A stretch of DNA of 64,000 nucleotides from Nannocystis bainbridge (GTDB lineage Bacteria; Myxococcota_A; Polyangia; Nannocystales; Nannocystaceae): NCBI RefSeq assembly GCF_028368995.1, contig NZ_JAQNDL010000004.1, forward strand, positions 544,001 to 608,000, in the 5' to 3' direction. How positions within the stretch are numbered: position 1 is the stretch's first letter; each line of letters starts with the position of its first letter. The notes under the pieces are model-generated. The model saw nothing but the letters and a program-made list of their open reading frames with translations. It had not been told where the DNA came from and searched no databases. Below are positions 27,954 to 38,385 of this stretch, piece by piece. The position numbers were made by a program, and so were the translations under genes.

Positions 27954-30548
27954 ATGAAGAAGCCTCCCCCCAGGTCGACCATCCCCAACTTCAACGACCT
28001 CACCGAAAAGAAGCTGCGCTCGCTCGGGCAGAAGCTGGACAAGCTCGTCGACGCCAACGCGTTCAAGCACAACAGCCTGCTGCGCAAGAGCGACAGCGAC
28101 TCGACCGCGCTGCTGTGGCACCTGGCCCGCCACGGGCTCGTGCTGCATTCGGTGATCTCGGTCGGCATGTTCCGGACGCTCAGCGAGAACACCCGCGGGA
28201 TCCCGGCGGACGACATCCTCACCGTGCTGCGCCGCGTGCCCGACGACATGGGCGCGCTCGACAAGGGCCAGGGGCGCTCCTGGCCGTCGTACACGCCCGG
28301 AATCTCGACGGAGGTCGATACGCTGATCACCGCGGCGTACGTGGCCGACCCGGCGGCCGTGACGGCGCTGCGCGACGAGCTGCCGGAGAACATGCAGCTG
28401 GCGATCGACTTCGTCCGCGGCCGCGCCGGCGAGACGATCCCGCCGGCGTCGAGCGTGAAGATCCTGCGTCACCTCGTGACGACCCACCTGGTGCGCGGTC
28501 TGGCGACCGGCTGGGACTGCCCGTGGATCGTCGAGGGGCGACTGGTCGAGTTCCGTCTGAATTCGACGGCGCAGGTGGAGCTGCTGGCCGCCCGGTTCGG
28601 CTCGTCGTGGGCCGAGGAGGCGCACGCGTGGATCCTGCCGCGCGTCAACGAGTTCCGCGCGCGCGCCGGCGACATCGGCCGCAACGGCGTGGCCGGGCTG
28701 CGGCTGGCGACGCTGGCGGACGTGATCTATCTGTTCGGCGACGGCTGGTGGGACCCGCGCTCGCTGCTGGAAGTGCTCGACGCCCGCGACGATGCGCCGG
28801 CGGCCCTGTTCGCGGCGGCGCTCAAGCTGCGCGCCGAGGGCACTTCGGCGTTCAAGATCACGGTGCCGCAGGTGCGGCCGGAGCCGCCGCAGAAGCCGTC
28901 CGCCGGCGATGAGGACGCGGACGACGGCGACGACGGCGACGACGATTACGCCGGTGACGGCGACGAGTACGACGAGTACGGCGGCGGCGGCGGCGGCGGC
29001 GAGGTCGATGCGGACGCGGAGCCGGAGATCGAGGAGGCGAGCGGCGACGAGGAGCGGGTAGTGTTGCTGGCGACGCTGCTGACGGCGGTGGGCATCGAGC
29101 GCGCGCACGCGAGTGGGCAGGCGATCCCGCTCGAGGTGGACGCGGTGATCGACCTCGACAAGGTCTACGACAGCGAGCCGCAGCTGATCGCGCGGCTGCG
29201 CGGGGTGATGGCGATCCTCGGGCCGGCGCGCACGCACGCGATCCTGCGCAGGCAGCTGGCCAAGGAGTTCTGGTTCGGCAAGGTCAGCGCGTTCCTCGAC
29301 GTCCACTTCGACCGCGCGCTGGTCGAGGAGGCGTTCGCCCGCCTCGCCGCTGGCAAGTACGCGGCCGACGCCGGGCTGCTCGGGTTCTGCACGCCGGCGC
29401 TGGTGCCGTTCGTGGTCCAGGCGCAGGCGCAGGCGAGGACGCCCGAGATCAAGGCGATGTTCGGCGAGGCGATCCTTTACATCCTGGCCCGCGCGGCGGC
29501 AGGCGGCGAGACGTGGGACCCGGCGCTCGAGCAGCACCTGCAGCTCGACCAGATCCGGTTCGACTACGGCGGCCCCAAGGTCGACCCGGTGCTGGCGCTG
29601 CTCGACAAGCTGCCGCTGGCGCGGTGGGTCAAGGTCATCGAGGCCAACCGCGAGCGCTGCGCCGAGGAGCCGGTGCGGCTGCTCAAGCTGCTGCGGACCG
29701 ACATGCCGCCTGCACTCCTGGCCGAGATCTTGAAGGACGCGGTGGCCAGGCAACAGAAGCTCGGTTCCGGCGGGTTGGGCGACCGCCTGCGCAAGTTCGG
29801 GCCCGAGATCGTGACGCCGTTGCTGCAGGCGATCGGCGACGCGCCGGCCACCAACACGCTGATGAAGGATCTCGATCGCTCGCTCGACTACCTGGTGTTC
29901 ACGGCGGTAAAGGAGGGGCTCGGCAAGGCGATCGAGACGCCGGAGCAGGAGCTGCGGCGGCTGGCGGCCAGCGTGCCGGGAGAGACGATCCGGATCTATC
30001 GCCTGCGTCGCGGCCAGGGCGAGCCTTCGGCGGACGCGGTGGCGCGGATCGGCGGGGCGCCGCGCGGGGTGGTGACGCCGCCGGTCGATCGCAAGGAGCC
30101 GATGACGCACGTCATCACGCTCGACCTGGCGCAGCTGCCCGAGCTGGCGGCGCGTCGCCCGGGCGCGCGTTCGCTGTCGCTCTACTTGCCCGACCCCGAC
30201 ACCGGTGAGCGGCACCGCCACGGCGCGCTGGTGTGGACGAGCGAGGCGGAGCTGGGCGGCGCGCCGGGTTCGACCGCGGACGCGCGGCCGCTGGTGGTCG
30301 AGGCGTTCGACGTGCCGGCGCAGATCTTCGGCGGCGAGGAGCTCACGGGTCCGGCCAAGCGGGTACGCGGGATCGTCTACGGCTCGCCGGGATACGTCGG
30401 CGGCGGCCCGCTGTGGCTGCAGGACGGCGAGCCAGGGGTCGATCCGCGCTTCGTGTTCCAATTTGACGAGAGCCTGTGCGGCATCAACCTCGGCGACTCG
30501 GGGGTGATGTACGTGTTCGAGGGAGACATCGACTGGCAGTGCCATTGA
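27954..30548 (+). CDS. Large hypothetical protein with a C-terminal DUF1963/YwqG-like domain
   Basis: RIGGAP...MTHVITLDLAQLP...YVGGGPLWLQ...FVFQFDE...NLGDSGVMYVF...WQCH. Confidence 0.78.
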   Translation: MKKPPPRSTIPNFNDLTEKKLRSLGQKLDKLVDANAFKHNSLLRKSDSDSTALLWHLARHGLVLHSVISVGMFRTLSENTRGIPADDILTVLRRVPDDMGALDKGQGRSWPSYTPGISTEVDTLITAAYVADPAAVTALRDELPENMQLAIDFVRGRAGETIPPASSVKILRHLVTTHLVRGLATGWDCPWIVEGRLVEFRLNSTAQVELLAARFGSSWAEEAHAWILPRVNEFRARAGDIGRNGVAGLRLATLADVIYLFGDGWWDPRSLLEVLDARDDAPAALFAAALKLRAEGTSAFKITVPQVRPEPPQKPSAGDEDADDGDDGDDDYAGDGDEYDEYGGGGGGGEVDADAEPEIEEASGDEERVVLLATLLTAVGIERAHASGQAIPLEVDAVIDLDKVYDSEPQLIARLRGVMAILGPARTHAILRRQLAKEFWFGKVSAFLDVHFDRALVEEAFARLAAGKYAADAGLLGFCTPALVPFVVQAQAQARTPEIKAMFGEAILYILARAAAGGETWDPALEQHLQLDQIRFDYGGPKVDPVLALLDKLPLARWVKVIEANRERCAEEPVRLLKLLRTDMPPALLAEILKDAVARQQKLGSGGLGDRLRKFGPEIVTPLLQAIGDAPATNTLMKDLDRSLDYLVFTAVKEGLGKAIETPEQELRRLAASVPGETIRIYRLRRGQGEPSADAVARIGGAPRGVVTPPVDRKEPMTHVITLDLAQLPELAARRPGARSLSLYLPDPDTGERHRHGALVWTSEAELGGAPGSTADARPLVVEAFDVPAQIFGGEELTGPAKRVRGIVYGSPGYVGGGPLWLQDGEPGVDPRFVFQFDESLCGINLGDSGVMYVFEGDIDWQCH

Positions 30549-30604
30549 GGACGTAGCCAAACGCCTCCGTCGCGGAGATGGAGGCGTTTGGAGACACTGG
30601 CTGG

Positions 30605-32140
30605 ATGCACCATGTGAAGCGGTTGGGATGGATGGTCGCGGTCGTGGCCGCGTGTGGAGATTCGAGCGCCAGCACCGATGCTCTGCTGGAGACGACGACA
30701 TCGACATCGACATCGACCACGACGATGACGACGGACCCGGCGACCACGGACGAGCCGGGCACGACCGTCGCGCCGACGACGACGGACCCGACAACGACCT
30801 CGACTTCGACTTCGACCTCGACGACAGAGCCGGGTACGACGACGTCATCGACGACGGAGCCGGATACGACGACGACCTCCTCGACGACGGAGTCGGACAC
30901 GACGACGACGACGACGGACACGACGACGGACACGACGACCGGGACCGACACGAGCACTTCGACGACGACCGGGACCGACGATGACGCCGACGACGACGGC
31001 GTGGCGGACGCGGACGACAACTGCGTCGACGTCGCCAACGCGGGCCAGGAGGACGGCGACGAGGACGGGGCCGGCGACGCGTGTGACAACTGTGCCGGCG
31101 ATCCGAACCCCGATCAGGGCGACGGGGACGGGGACGGAGTCGGCGACCTTTGCGACGAGGAGGCGATCAACAACGGCGACGTGCTCTACGTGCCCGAGGG
31201 GACATCGATCGATCTCGGCGGGTCGCACTGCTACGGGCTGTGGGTGAAGATCGACGGCACGGTCACGGTGCCGGCGTACGCGAACAACCCGAACACCGGC
31301 ACGTTGACGCTCAAGTCGCAGACGATCCGGATCGGCGCGACCGGCAAGATCGTGGCCGACAACGCGGGCATGGCCGGCGGCACGCCGTCGCAGCAGAACA
31401 CGGTCGGCGGGTTCGCCGGGCAGGGCGTGGGTGCGGGCTGCGGCGGCGGTCCGGGCAGCTCGGTCGGGCAAGGCGGCTCGGGCGCGGGCTACGGCGGCGT
31501 CGGCGGCGCGCCCGGGAACACCTACGCGATGAACAACGCCTGCAACAGCTGCAGCGAGCCGACCATCTCGCACTGCGGCGGCGCGGTCGGCACGGTCGTC
31601 GGCACCGACATGGGCGAGGACGTGGCGCTCGGCGTCGGCGGCGGCGCGGGCGGCAACTCGAGCGGCTGCAGCAACGCCGGCGGTCGCGGCGGTCGCGGCG
31701 GCGGCTCGGTGCTGCTGCTGGCCAACGACTGGGTGCAGGTCGACGGCTCGGTGAGCGCGCGCGGCGAGGAGCCCCCGCCCGACAATTCGGCGTGCGGTTA
31801 TCGACCCGGGGGCGGCGGCGGCTCGGGCGGCGGCATCGTCGTCGCCGCGGACGAGGTGCTCGGCGCGGGCACGCTCGACGCCCGCGGCGGCAACGGCGGA
31901 CCGGCGCTCGGCGAGACGCAGAGCCAGACGTGGGCGTGGGGCGGCGGCGGCGGCGGCGGCGGCCGGATCAAGGTGTTCTCGCCGGCCGACGCGTTCAGCG
32001 GCATGCGCCGCGTCGACGCCGGGGCCGGCGGGACCGCGCCGGCCACCGGGTCGAGCGTCGCCGGCCTCGCGGGCGCGAGCGGCAAGACGGCGGCGGTCGC
32101 CACCATCCCGGCGAACTACGACGACCTGACCTGCCAGTGA
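30605..32140 (+). CDS. Lipoprotein with Thr stalk, thrombospondin type-3 repeats and a Gly-rich domain
   Basis: VVAAC lipobox; DADDDGVADADDNCVDVANAGQEDGDEDGAGDACD repeats; GGGGSGG segments. Confidence 0.85.
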   Translation: MHHVKRLGWMVAVVAACGDSSASTDALLETTTSTSTSTTTMTTDPATTDEPGTTVAPTTTDPTTTSTSTSTSTTEPGTTTSSTTEPDTTTTSSTTESDTTTTTTDTTTDTTTGTDTSTSTTTGTDDDADDDGVADADDNCVDVANAGQEDGDEDGAGDACDNCAGDPNPDQGDGDGDGVGDLCDEEAINNGDVLYVPEGTSIDLGGSHCYGLWVKIDGTVTVPAYANNPNTGTLTLKSQTIRIGATGKIVADNAGMAGGTPSQQNTVGGFAGQGVGAGCGGGPGSSVGQGGSGAGYGGVGGAPGNTYAMNNACNSCSEPTISHCGGAVGTVVGTDMGEDVALGVGGGAGGNSSGCSNAGGRGGRGGGSVLLLANDWVQVDGSVSARGEEPPPDNSACGYRPGGGGGSGGGIVVAADEVLGAGTLDARGGNGGPALGETQSQTWAWGGGGGGGGRIKVFSPADAFSGMRRVDAGAGGTAPATGSSVAGLAGASGKTAAVATIPANYDDLTCQ

Positions 32141-32144
32141 CGGA

Positions 32145-32228
32145 TGGCTGAACGGACATGTCGTGAAGGACATGTCCGTTCGGGAATGGCAAAAAGGGCA
32201 TGTCCTCGCGGACATGCCCTTTCATACA
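32145..32228. repeat. Six 14-bp units between convergent genes
   Basis: TG starts at 32145, 32159, 32173, 32187, 32201 and 32215. Confidence 0.9.
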
Positions 32229-32253
32229 TGGCGACCGGGCGCCGGCGCGCGGC

Positions 32254-33753
32254 TCACATCGGAAGGATGCTGAGCAGCTGGCCGCCCGTCATGTCCGAGT
32301 AGACGTAGTGGCTGCCGGGGATCTGGACCTGCTGCATGCCGGGGACGTTGTCGGGGTCGATCTTCCAGGCCCAGCCCTCCTGATCGACCAGCCACACGAA
32401 CTTCTCGGCGTCGACGCTGAGGCCGATCGCGGTCGAGCAGGGGTTGGTGTTGTGGCTGGCGACCAGCGTCTTGGTCTGGCGGTCGATCTGCAGCAGCGCG
32501 CACGGGCCGTTGGAGGCGACCCACACGTGGTCGGCGTCGGCCGTGATGCCGCGGAAGCAGGCGTTGGTGCCGGGCACCGAGGTGTACTGCTCGGTGTCGG
32601 CGTCGAAGGTGCTGACCGGGCCGGAGCAGCCGGCGAACCACGGGTTGCCGTCGCCGTCGACGGTGAAGCCGTACGACTGGATGTTCGCCGGCGGGGTCCA
32701 GCGCGACACGGTGATCGGGTTCTGGTCGGTGTTGATGCGCAGGAACTCGCCGCGCAGGCCGCCGAACCACGGGCGGAACTCGGGGTCGAGCGCGCCGCCG
32801 TAGGGGGCGTAGCCCTGGCCGTTCCAGCCGGGCACCTGGACCGTCTCCTCGACGGTGCCGGTCTCGCCGTCGACGCGCACGAAGTGAGCGGCGCCGCCGG
32901 GCGCGTTGTAGCCGAGCCACACCTTGGGCTGGACGTACTTGCAGAGATCGTAGTCCCAGGTGCCGGGCGTCCAGGTGACGCCGCGCGGGCCGTTGGAGAA
33001 GCCGCCGGCGAACGGCCACTGGTGCGTCCAGAGCAGACACTCGTCGGCCAGCCACGGGCGGACGTCGTTCTTGTTCTGCGAGGTGTCGATCATGCCGTTG
33101 CCGTTCTTGTCGACGCAGTCGGCGATGTCGGCGGCGAACATGGAGGAGCTGCCGGTCTGGCGGTTGTTGACGACGACGAAGCGGCCGTCGGCGCTGACGG
33201 CGGTGCGCGAGGGGCTGTCGCCGCCGGGGCCGGTCTTGTAGCGGGCGACCTCGACGAGCGTCTGCGTGTTGATCTTGGCGACGTCGCTGAGGTCCTGGCT
33301 GGGGACCCAGATGAAGCTCTTCTCGACCGGGCCCATGCCGACGCCGTCGCCGGGCTCGCACACCGGGTTGTTGCCGGTGGTGCCGGTGGTGGTGGTGCCC
33401 TCGGTGGTGGTGGTGCCCTCGGTGGTGGTCGTCGAGGTGGTGCTCGTCGTCGTCGCGGTCGTGGTCGTGGTGGTGTCAGGACCGGTCGAGGTCGGCGAGA
33501 TGGTGGTCGTCGGCGAGGTGGTCGAAGTCGTCGTCGTCATGCCGTCGGACTCCGAGCCCGAGGCCATGGTGGGGCTGGTCGAGTCGGTGCCGGTCGGCAC
33601 CGTCGCCGTGGTCCCGGTCGGCGGGTCCACCGTCGAACCCTGGGTCATGCCGGCCGACTCGGTGCCGGTTGCCGTCCCCGAGTCTCCGCACGCCGTGAGC
33701 CCCACCGCCAGGGGCGCCGCCAACCACCACTTGCCAACGCTTGTCTTCTGCAT
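32254..33753 (-). CDS. Thr-stalk lipoprotein with a Vgb/beta-propeller-like domain
   Basis: GLTAC lipobox; SPSRTAVS, CVDKNGNGMIDTS, YVYSDMTG (myxobacterial family signature). Confidence 0.85.
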   Translation of the reverse strand: MQKTSVGKWWLAAPLAVGLTACGDSGTATGTESAGMTQGSTVDPPTGTTATVPTGTDSTSPTMASGSESDGMTTTTSTTSPTTTISPTSTGPDTTTTTTATTTSTTSTTTTEGTTTTEGTTTTGTTGNNPVCEPGDGVGMGPVEKSFIWVPSQDLSDVAKINTQTLVEVARYKTGPGGDSPSRTAVSADGRFVVVNNRQTGSSSMFAADIADCVDKNGNGMIDTSQNKNDVRPWLADECLLWTHQWPFAGGFSNGPRGVTWTPGTWDYDLCKYVQPKVWLGYNAPGGAAHFVRVDGETGTVEETVQVPGWNGQGYAPYGGALDPEFRPWFGGLRGEFLRINTDQNPITVSRWTPPANIQSYGFTVDGDGNPWFAGCSGPVSTFDADTEQYTSVPGTNACFRGITADADHVWVASNGPCALLQIDRQTKTLVASHNTNPCSTAIGLSVDAEKFVWLVDQEGWAWKIDPDNVPGMQQVQIPGSHYVYSDMTGGQLLSILPM

Positions 33754-34052
33754 GGTTCCCATCATGCGAGATCGAGGTGAAGTTCGGTGGTTGGTCGAGT
33801 GGATTGTCCCGTTTAAAGATGAGTGGATCCTCTCTGGTCGATTCCGCTCGCTGGCGCGTTCTCGCGCGGGAGGAGGGATCGAAGCTGTCGCACAGGACAT
33901 GTCTCGAGAGACAGGATGGATGCGCCGAGCGGGCGTTACCGCGGGCGTTGCGAGGCTTCAGGGGCCCGTGGGAGCGATTGCAAGCGAGGCCGGGGTCGTT
34001 CGCACGCCCCGAAACGAGGACCGGGAGGCCGGGTCGGCGGTATCCTGGAGCG

Positions 34053-34610
34053 GTGCGCGACTTTGCGGATGCGTGGCGGGCTCATTTCGGCGACGTGCCG
34101 CCGGTCGGCTGGCGCCTGCGCGAGCAGGCCAGCGAGCGGTGGCTGCGGATCCACGGCCTGCCCGGGTCGAAGCGTTACCCCGAGACCGCGGCGGAGCGGG
34201 CGGAGATCCACCACCGCCACGAGACGCTCGCGGCGGAGCTGTTCGCGGCGAGCGAGGGCGCGTGCTGGGTCGTCGTTCCGGCCTGGGGAGCGGCGAACGA
34301 GGCGGGTCCGCAACTGCCGGGGCTGGCCGATCTGCGGTTCGCGATCGGCTGGCGCCCGGGTCACGCGAGCGAGGACGAGCCGACGTTCGCCCACGTCGCG
34401 CCCGCTCGCTGGTCCGCGCCCGCGACGCGAGCGGCACGAGAGCTCGTGATCGAGGACAGCCTCCGCGTGCTGTGGGTGGCCCGCGAGACGCTCGAGGTGT
34501 TCGCGCCGTACGACGGCGGGGTCGACGTCATCGCCGCGGACGTGGTCCGCCGCGACGCGCTGGCGCAGCGCTTCGGATCGTGGCGATCGCCGCGGCCCGA
34601 CGGGCTCTGA
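34053..34610 (+). CDS. DUF3885-like protein
   Basis: RWLRIHGLPGSKRYPE, FAPYDGGVDVI; GGAG RBS before the GTG. Confidence 0.72.
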   Translation: MRDFADAWRAHFGDVPPVGWRLREQASERWLRIHGLPGSKRYPETAAERAEIHHRHETLAAELFAASEGACWVVVPAWGAANEAGPQLPGLADLRFAIGWRPGHASEDEPTFAHVAPARWSAPATRAARELVIEDSLRVLWVARETLEVFAPYDGGVDVIAADVVRRDALAQRFGSWRSPRPDGL

Positions 34611-34793
34611 AGATAGGAGCGCTCTCGCGGCGCCGAGCCGCGATCCGGCGCTCGATCGGTGATGAGGAGTTCGCGGTCGGCCCGCGCGGGGATGTCGCGC
34701 TGCGTGTGCCTCGGTTGCGCGGGAGGGCGCCGGCCTGCGGGCCGGTGGCCCGAGGGCGACACCGGGGGCCGGGCCGGCAGGTATGGTGCCGCC

Positions 34794-35933
34794 ATGCGAA
34801 CGACTTACCTCTTGTTGGCCGCCGCGCTGCTCCCTGCCTGCAACGGCGGCGCGAGCGACTCCACCGCCGATGCGTCGGCCGGGACGGGCATCACCGGCGT
34901 GACGGGGCAGGGGCTCACGAGCACCAGCGACGCCACGAGCGACGGCGGCACGGCGGGGCCGACCAGCGAGGGCAGCGGCTCGGCGAGCGAGAGCGACAGC
35001 GAGACGCCGACGACCGGGACGCCGGGCACCAGCTCGAGCACCACCGACGAGGCGACCACGGCGACGACGACGACGACGACCGACGCGACGAGCACGACGT
35101 CGACCACGACCGCCGCGACCACCGAGCAGACGAGCACGACCGGCGTGATCGAGGAGAAGTGCCCGTGCCCCGACCTCGAGGTGCCGCTCGACGACGGGAT
35201 CTTCGTGCTCTCGAAGACGGCGCAGCTGTGGAAGTACTTCCCGCAGACGCACGATTTCGAGCTGCTGGGCCCGGCGACCTGCGGGCTGGCGCCTTCGACG
35301 TTCTCGATGGGGGTCGACCGCGAGGGCTTCGCGTGGGTGCAGTACAGCGACATGAAGCTGCGCAAGATCGACGTGACCGACACCACGCAGTGCAGCGACC
35401 CGGGCTTCGTGCCGATGCAGAACGGGATCGAGAATTTCGGGATGGCGTTCGTGTCGAACAGCGCCGACGACAAGTGCGACCGGATCTACGGCAACCACTA
35501 CAACGGGGTCGCCAACGGCGACATGGTCAGCGAGTTCTTCAGCGTCGACCCGGATACGCTCGCGGTGGCGCCGCACGGGCTCAGCGACTACGGGCTGGCC
35601 GAAGTGACAGGCACGGGCGACGGCCGGGCGTTCCTGTTCGCCGGGCCCGATCCGTCGGTGCTCGTGGAGGTCGACAAGGCGACCGGCGCGACCCTGGACG
35701 TGACGCCGCTGCCGGGGGTCAAGACCGGCGGCGGCTTCGCGTTCGCGTTCTTCGCCGGCGACTTCTACTTCTTCACCGACAAGGAGTCCGACAGCACCAG
35801 CGAGGTGACCCACCTCGACTACGACGACAGCGACAACAACGGCCAGCAAGACCTCAAGGTCGTGGTCGAGGACGCGCCGCTGCGGATCGTCGGCGCCGGG
35901 GTGTCGACCTGCGCGCCGCTCATCCCGCAGTGA
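34794..35933 (+). CDS. Thr/Ser-stalk lipoprotein (myxobacterial family)
   Basis: LLPAC lipobox; FSMGVDREG, TGTGDGR, FAFAFFAGDFYFF, IVGAGVSTCAP. Confidence 0.85.
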   Translation: MRTTYLLLAAALLPACNGGASDSTADASAGTGITGVTGQGLTSTSDATSDGGTAGPTSEGSGSASESDSETPTTGTPGTSSSTTDEATTATTTTTTDATSTTSTTTAATTEQTSTTGVIEEKCPCPDLEVPLDDGIFVLSKTAQLWKYFPQTHDFELLGPATCGLAPSTFSMGVDREGFAWVQYSDMKLRKIDVTDTTQCSDPGFVPMQNGIENFGMAFVSNSADDKCDRIYGNHYNGVANGDMVSEFFSVDPDTLAVAPHGLSDYGLAEVTGTGDGRAFLFAGPDPSVLVEVDKATGATLDVTPLPGVKTGGGFAFAFFAGDFYFFTDKESDSTSEVTHLDYDDSDNNGQQDLKVVVEDAPLRIVGAGVSTCAPLIPQ

Positions 35934-35945
35934 CGCAGCGGCGCC

Positions 35946-36030
35946 TGTCTCTCGGGTCATATCCTCGGGGTCATGCAGGCTGATCCTTGAGGGTGTCTTA
36001 AAGGGCATGTCCGAAGGGACATGCCCGAAC
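35946..36030. repeat. Cluster of 14-bp units
   Basis: Units at 35946, 35960, 35994 and 36008, plus a partial unit at 36022. Confidence 0.8.
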
Positions 36031-36499
36031 TCACGCGCTCGGTCCGGGTCAGCGAGCTGGCGAGCGTGCGGCGCCGACCGCCGGCGCCGGCCTCGGCGAG
36101 CCAGCGGGCGCGACCGTCCGCCTCGCGCGGGGCATCACCGCGTCGGCGGCCGCTCGCGCGGCGTCGCTGCGATGGCGCCGGACCGTGCCGGCCGATCGCC
36201 GGCAGGCCGGCGCGGGGCTTGGAGGAGGCGCTACCTCTTTGCAGTGTCGACCTGCAGGGGTCGCTGCTCGACGGCGGGCGGGTCGGCGATCCCTCGAGCA
36301 GAGTTCGGTCACGGGGTCTCGAAGCCGCGCGTGTGTGCAGCGGCCTGCGCGCGGCCCAGCGGCGGAGACGGACGCCGCAGGCCTGGTCGCCAGAACTCCA
36401 GCTTCGCCGCCGGCCGCACGGTTGAGTTTTCTTACCCCCACCCACTCCCCCGGAGTAGGCTTGGCGACGCATAACAGTCGCCGAGCGCACGAGGTACCG

Positions 36500-38290
36500 A
36501 TGAGCGAGACCAAGACGAAACACCAAGAGCTGCAACGCTTTGTCGACGAGTGGGCGGCGCGGTGCAAGCCGGACCGCGTCGAGTGGTGCGACGGCTCGGA
36601 CGCCGAGTACGATCGGATGCTGGGGCTGCTGATCGAGAGCGGCGCCGCCATCCGCCTCAACCCCGAGAAGCGACCCAACAGCGTCCTGGTGCGCTCGGAC
36701 CCGCGCGACGTGGCGCGTGTCGAGAGCCGGACGTTCATCTGCAGCGCGTCGCGGGAGGGCGCGGGCCCGACCAATAATTGGGAAGACCCGCTGGTGATGC
36801 GCAAGAAGCTGAACGGGCTCTACGACGGCTGCATGCGCGGGCGCACCATGTACGTGGTGCCGTTCTGCATGGGCCCGCTGGGCTCGCCGATCGCCCAGAT
36901 CGGCGTGCAGCTGAGCGACTCGCCGTACGTGGTCGCCAACATGAAGATCATGACCCGCATGGGCAAGGCGGTGCTCGACGTGCTCGGCGAGGACGGCCGC
37001 TTCGTCAAGGCGGTCCACTCGGTCGGTCAGCCGCTCGAGCCCGGCGACGCCGGCCCCGCGTGGCCGTGCAACCCCGAGAACACGTACATCACGCACTTCC
37101 CCGAGAAGCGCACGATCCTGTCTTTCGGCAGCGGCTACGGCGGCAATGCGCTGCTCGGCAAGAAGTGCTTCGCGCTCCGCATCGCCTCGGCGATGGCCCG
37201 CGACGAGGGCTGGCTGGCCGAGCACATGCTCATCCTCGGCGTCGAGGGCCCCGACGGCAAGAAGACCTACGTGACCGCGGCGTTCCCCAGCGCGTGCGGC
37301 AAGACCAACTTCGCCATGCTCATCCCGCCCAAGGAGATGACCGGCTGGAAGGTCACCTGCGTAGGCGACGACATCGCCTGGCTCAAGCCGGACGCCGAGG
37401 GCAACCTGCGCGCGATCAACCCGGAGGCCGGGTTCTTCGGCGTGGCCCCGGGCACGTCGATGGAGACCAACCCCAACGCGATGATCTCGTGCGCGCGCGA
37501 CTCGATCTTCACCAACGTCGCGCTGACCGACGACGGCGACGTGTGGTGGGAGGGCATGACGAAGGAGACGCCGAAGCACCTGGTCGATTGGACAGGCAAG
37601 GACTGGACCCCGGACTGCGGCCGCAACGCGGCCCACCCGAACGCCCGCTTCACCGCGCCGGCCCGCAACTGCCCGGTCATCGACCCCGAGTGGGAGAACC
37701 CCGCCGGCGTGCCGATCCGCGCCATCATCTTCGGCGGCCGGCGCATGAACGACGTGCCGCTGGTCTACCAGGCGTTCAACTGGTCGCACGGCGTGTACAT
37801 CGGCGCGACCATGGGCTCGGAGCAGACGGCCGCGGCCGAGGGCCAGGTCGGGGCGCTGCGCCGCGATCCGATGGCGATGCTGCCGTTCTGCGGCTACAAC
37901 ATGGGCGACTACTTCCGCCACTGGCTGTCGATGGCCAAGCGCGTGAAGGAGCCGCCGCGGATCTTCCACGTCAACTGGTTCCGCAAGCAGGACGGCAAGT
38001 TCATGTGGCCGGGCTTCGGCCAGAACATGCGCGTGCTGCGGTGGGTGGTCGAGCGCTCGCGCGGCCAGGCCATCGGCGTCGAGTCGCCGCTCGGGTGGAT
38101 CCCGCACTACCACGACATCGACTGGCGCGGCCTCGACTTCTCCGAGAAGCAGTGGGACGAGCTGATGGGCTACGCCCGCGACCGCGTCAAGAAGCAGACG
38201 CTGTCGCACGAGGAGCTGTTCCTCGAGCTGTCCGAGGCGCTGCCGAAGACGATGATCTTCGAGCGCGAGCTGCTGATCAGCCGCCTGTGA
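36500..38290 (+). CDS. pckG: Phosphoenolpyruvate carboxykinase (GTP)
   Basis: [58 protein letters not shown]. Confidence 0.97.
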   Translation: MSETKTKHQELQRFVDEWAARCKPDRVEWCDGSDAEYDRMLGLLIESGAAIRLNPEKRPNSVLVRSDPRDVARVESRTFICSASREGAGPTNNWEDPLVMRKKLNGLYDGCMRGRTMYVVPFCMGPLGSPIAQIGVQLSDSPYVVANMKIMTRMGKAVLDVLGEDGRFVKAVHSVGQPLEPGDAGPAWPCNPENTYITHFPEKRTILSFGSGYGGNALLGKKCFALRIASAMARDEGWLAEHMLILGVEGPDGKKTYVTAAFPSACGKTNFAMLIPPKEMTGWKVTCVGDDIAWLKPDAEGNLRAINPEAGFFGVAPGTSMETNPNAMISCARDSIFTNVALTDDGDVWWEGMTKETPKHLVDWTGKDWTPDCGRNAAHPNARFTAPARNCPVIDPEWENPAGVPIRAIIFGGRRMNDVPLVYQAFNWSHGVYIGATMGSEQTAAAEGQVGALRRDPMAMLPFCGYNMGDYFRHWLSMAKRVKEPPRIFHVNWFRKQDGKFMWPGFGQNMRVLRWVVERSRGQAIGVESPLGWIPHYHDIDWRGLDFSEKQWDELMGYARDRVKKQTLSHEELFLELSEALPKTMIFERELLISRL

Positions 38291-38315
38291 GCGCGGATGC
38301 GTGAAGGAGGGGCCG

Positions 38316-38385
38316 TGGCCTTCGGGCCATGGCCCTTCGTATATGTCCGAAAGGACATGTCTTCCGGGTCATGGCACTTCGGACA
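38316..38385. repeat. Five 14-bp units between convergent genes
   Basis: TG starts at 38316, 38330, 38344, 38358 and 38372; the last unit lies in the 3' end of the S10 peptidase gene. Confidence 0.88.

Noticed and set aside
30690-30980. ACG/ACC-rich DNA tandem repeat
   Set aside because: Explained by the poly-Thr stalk coding sequence.
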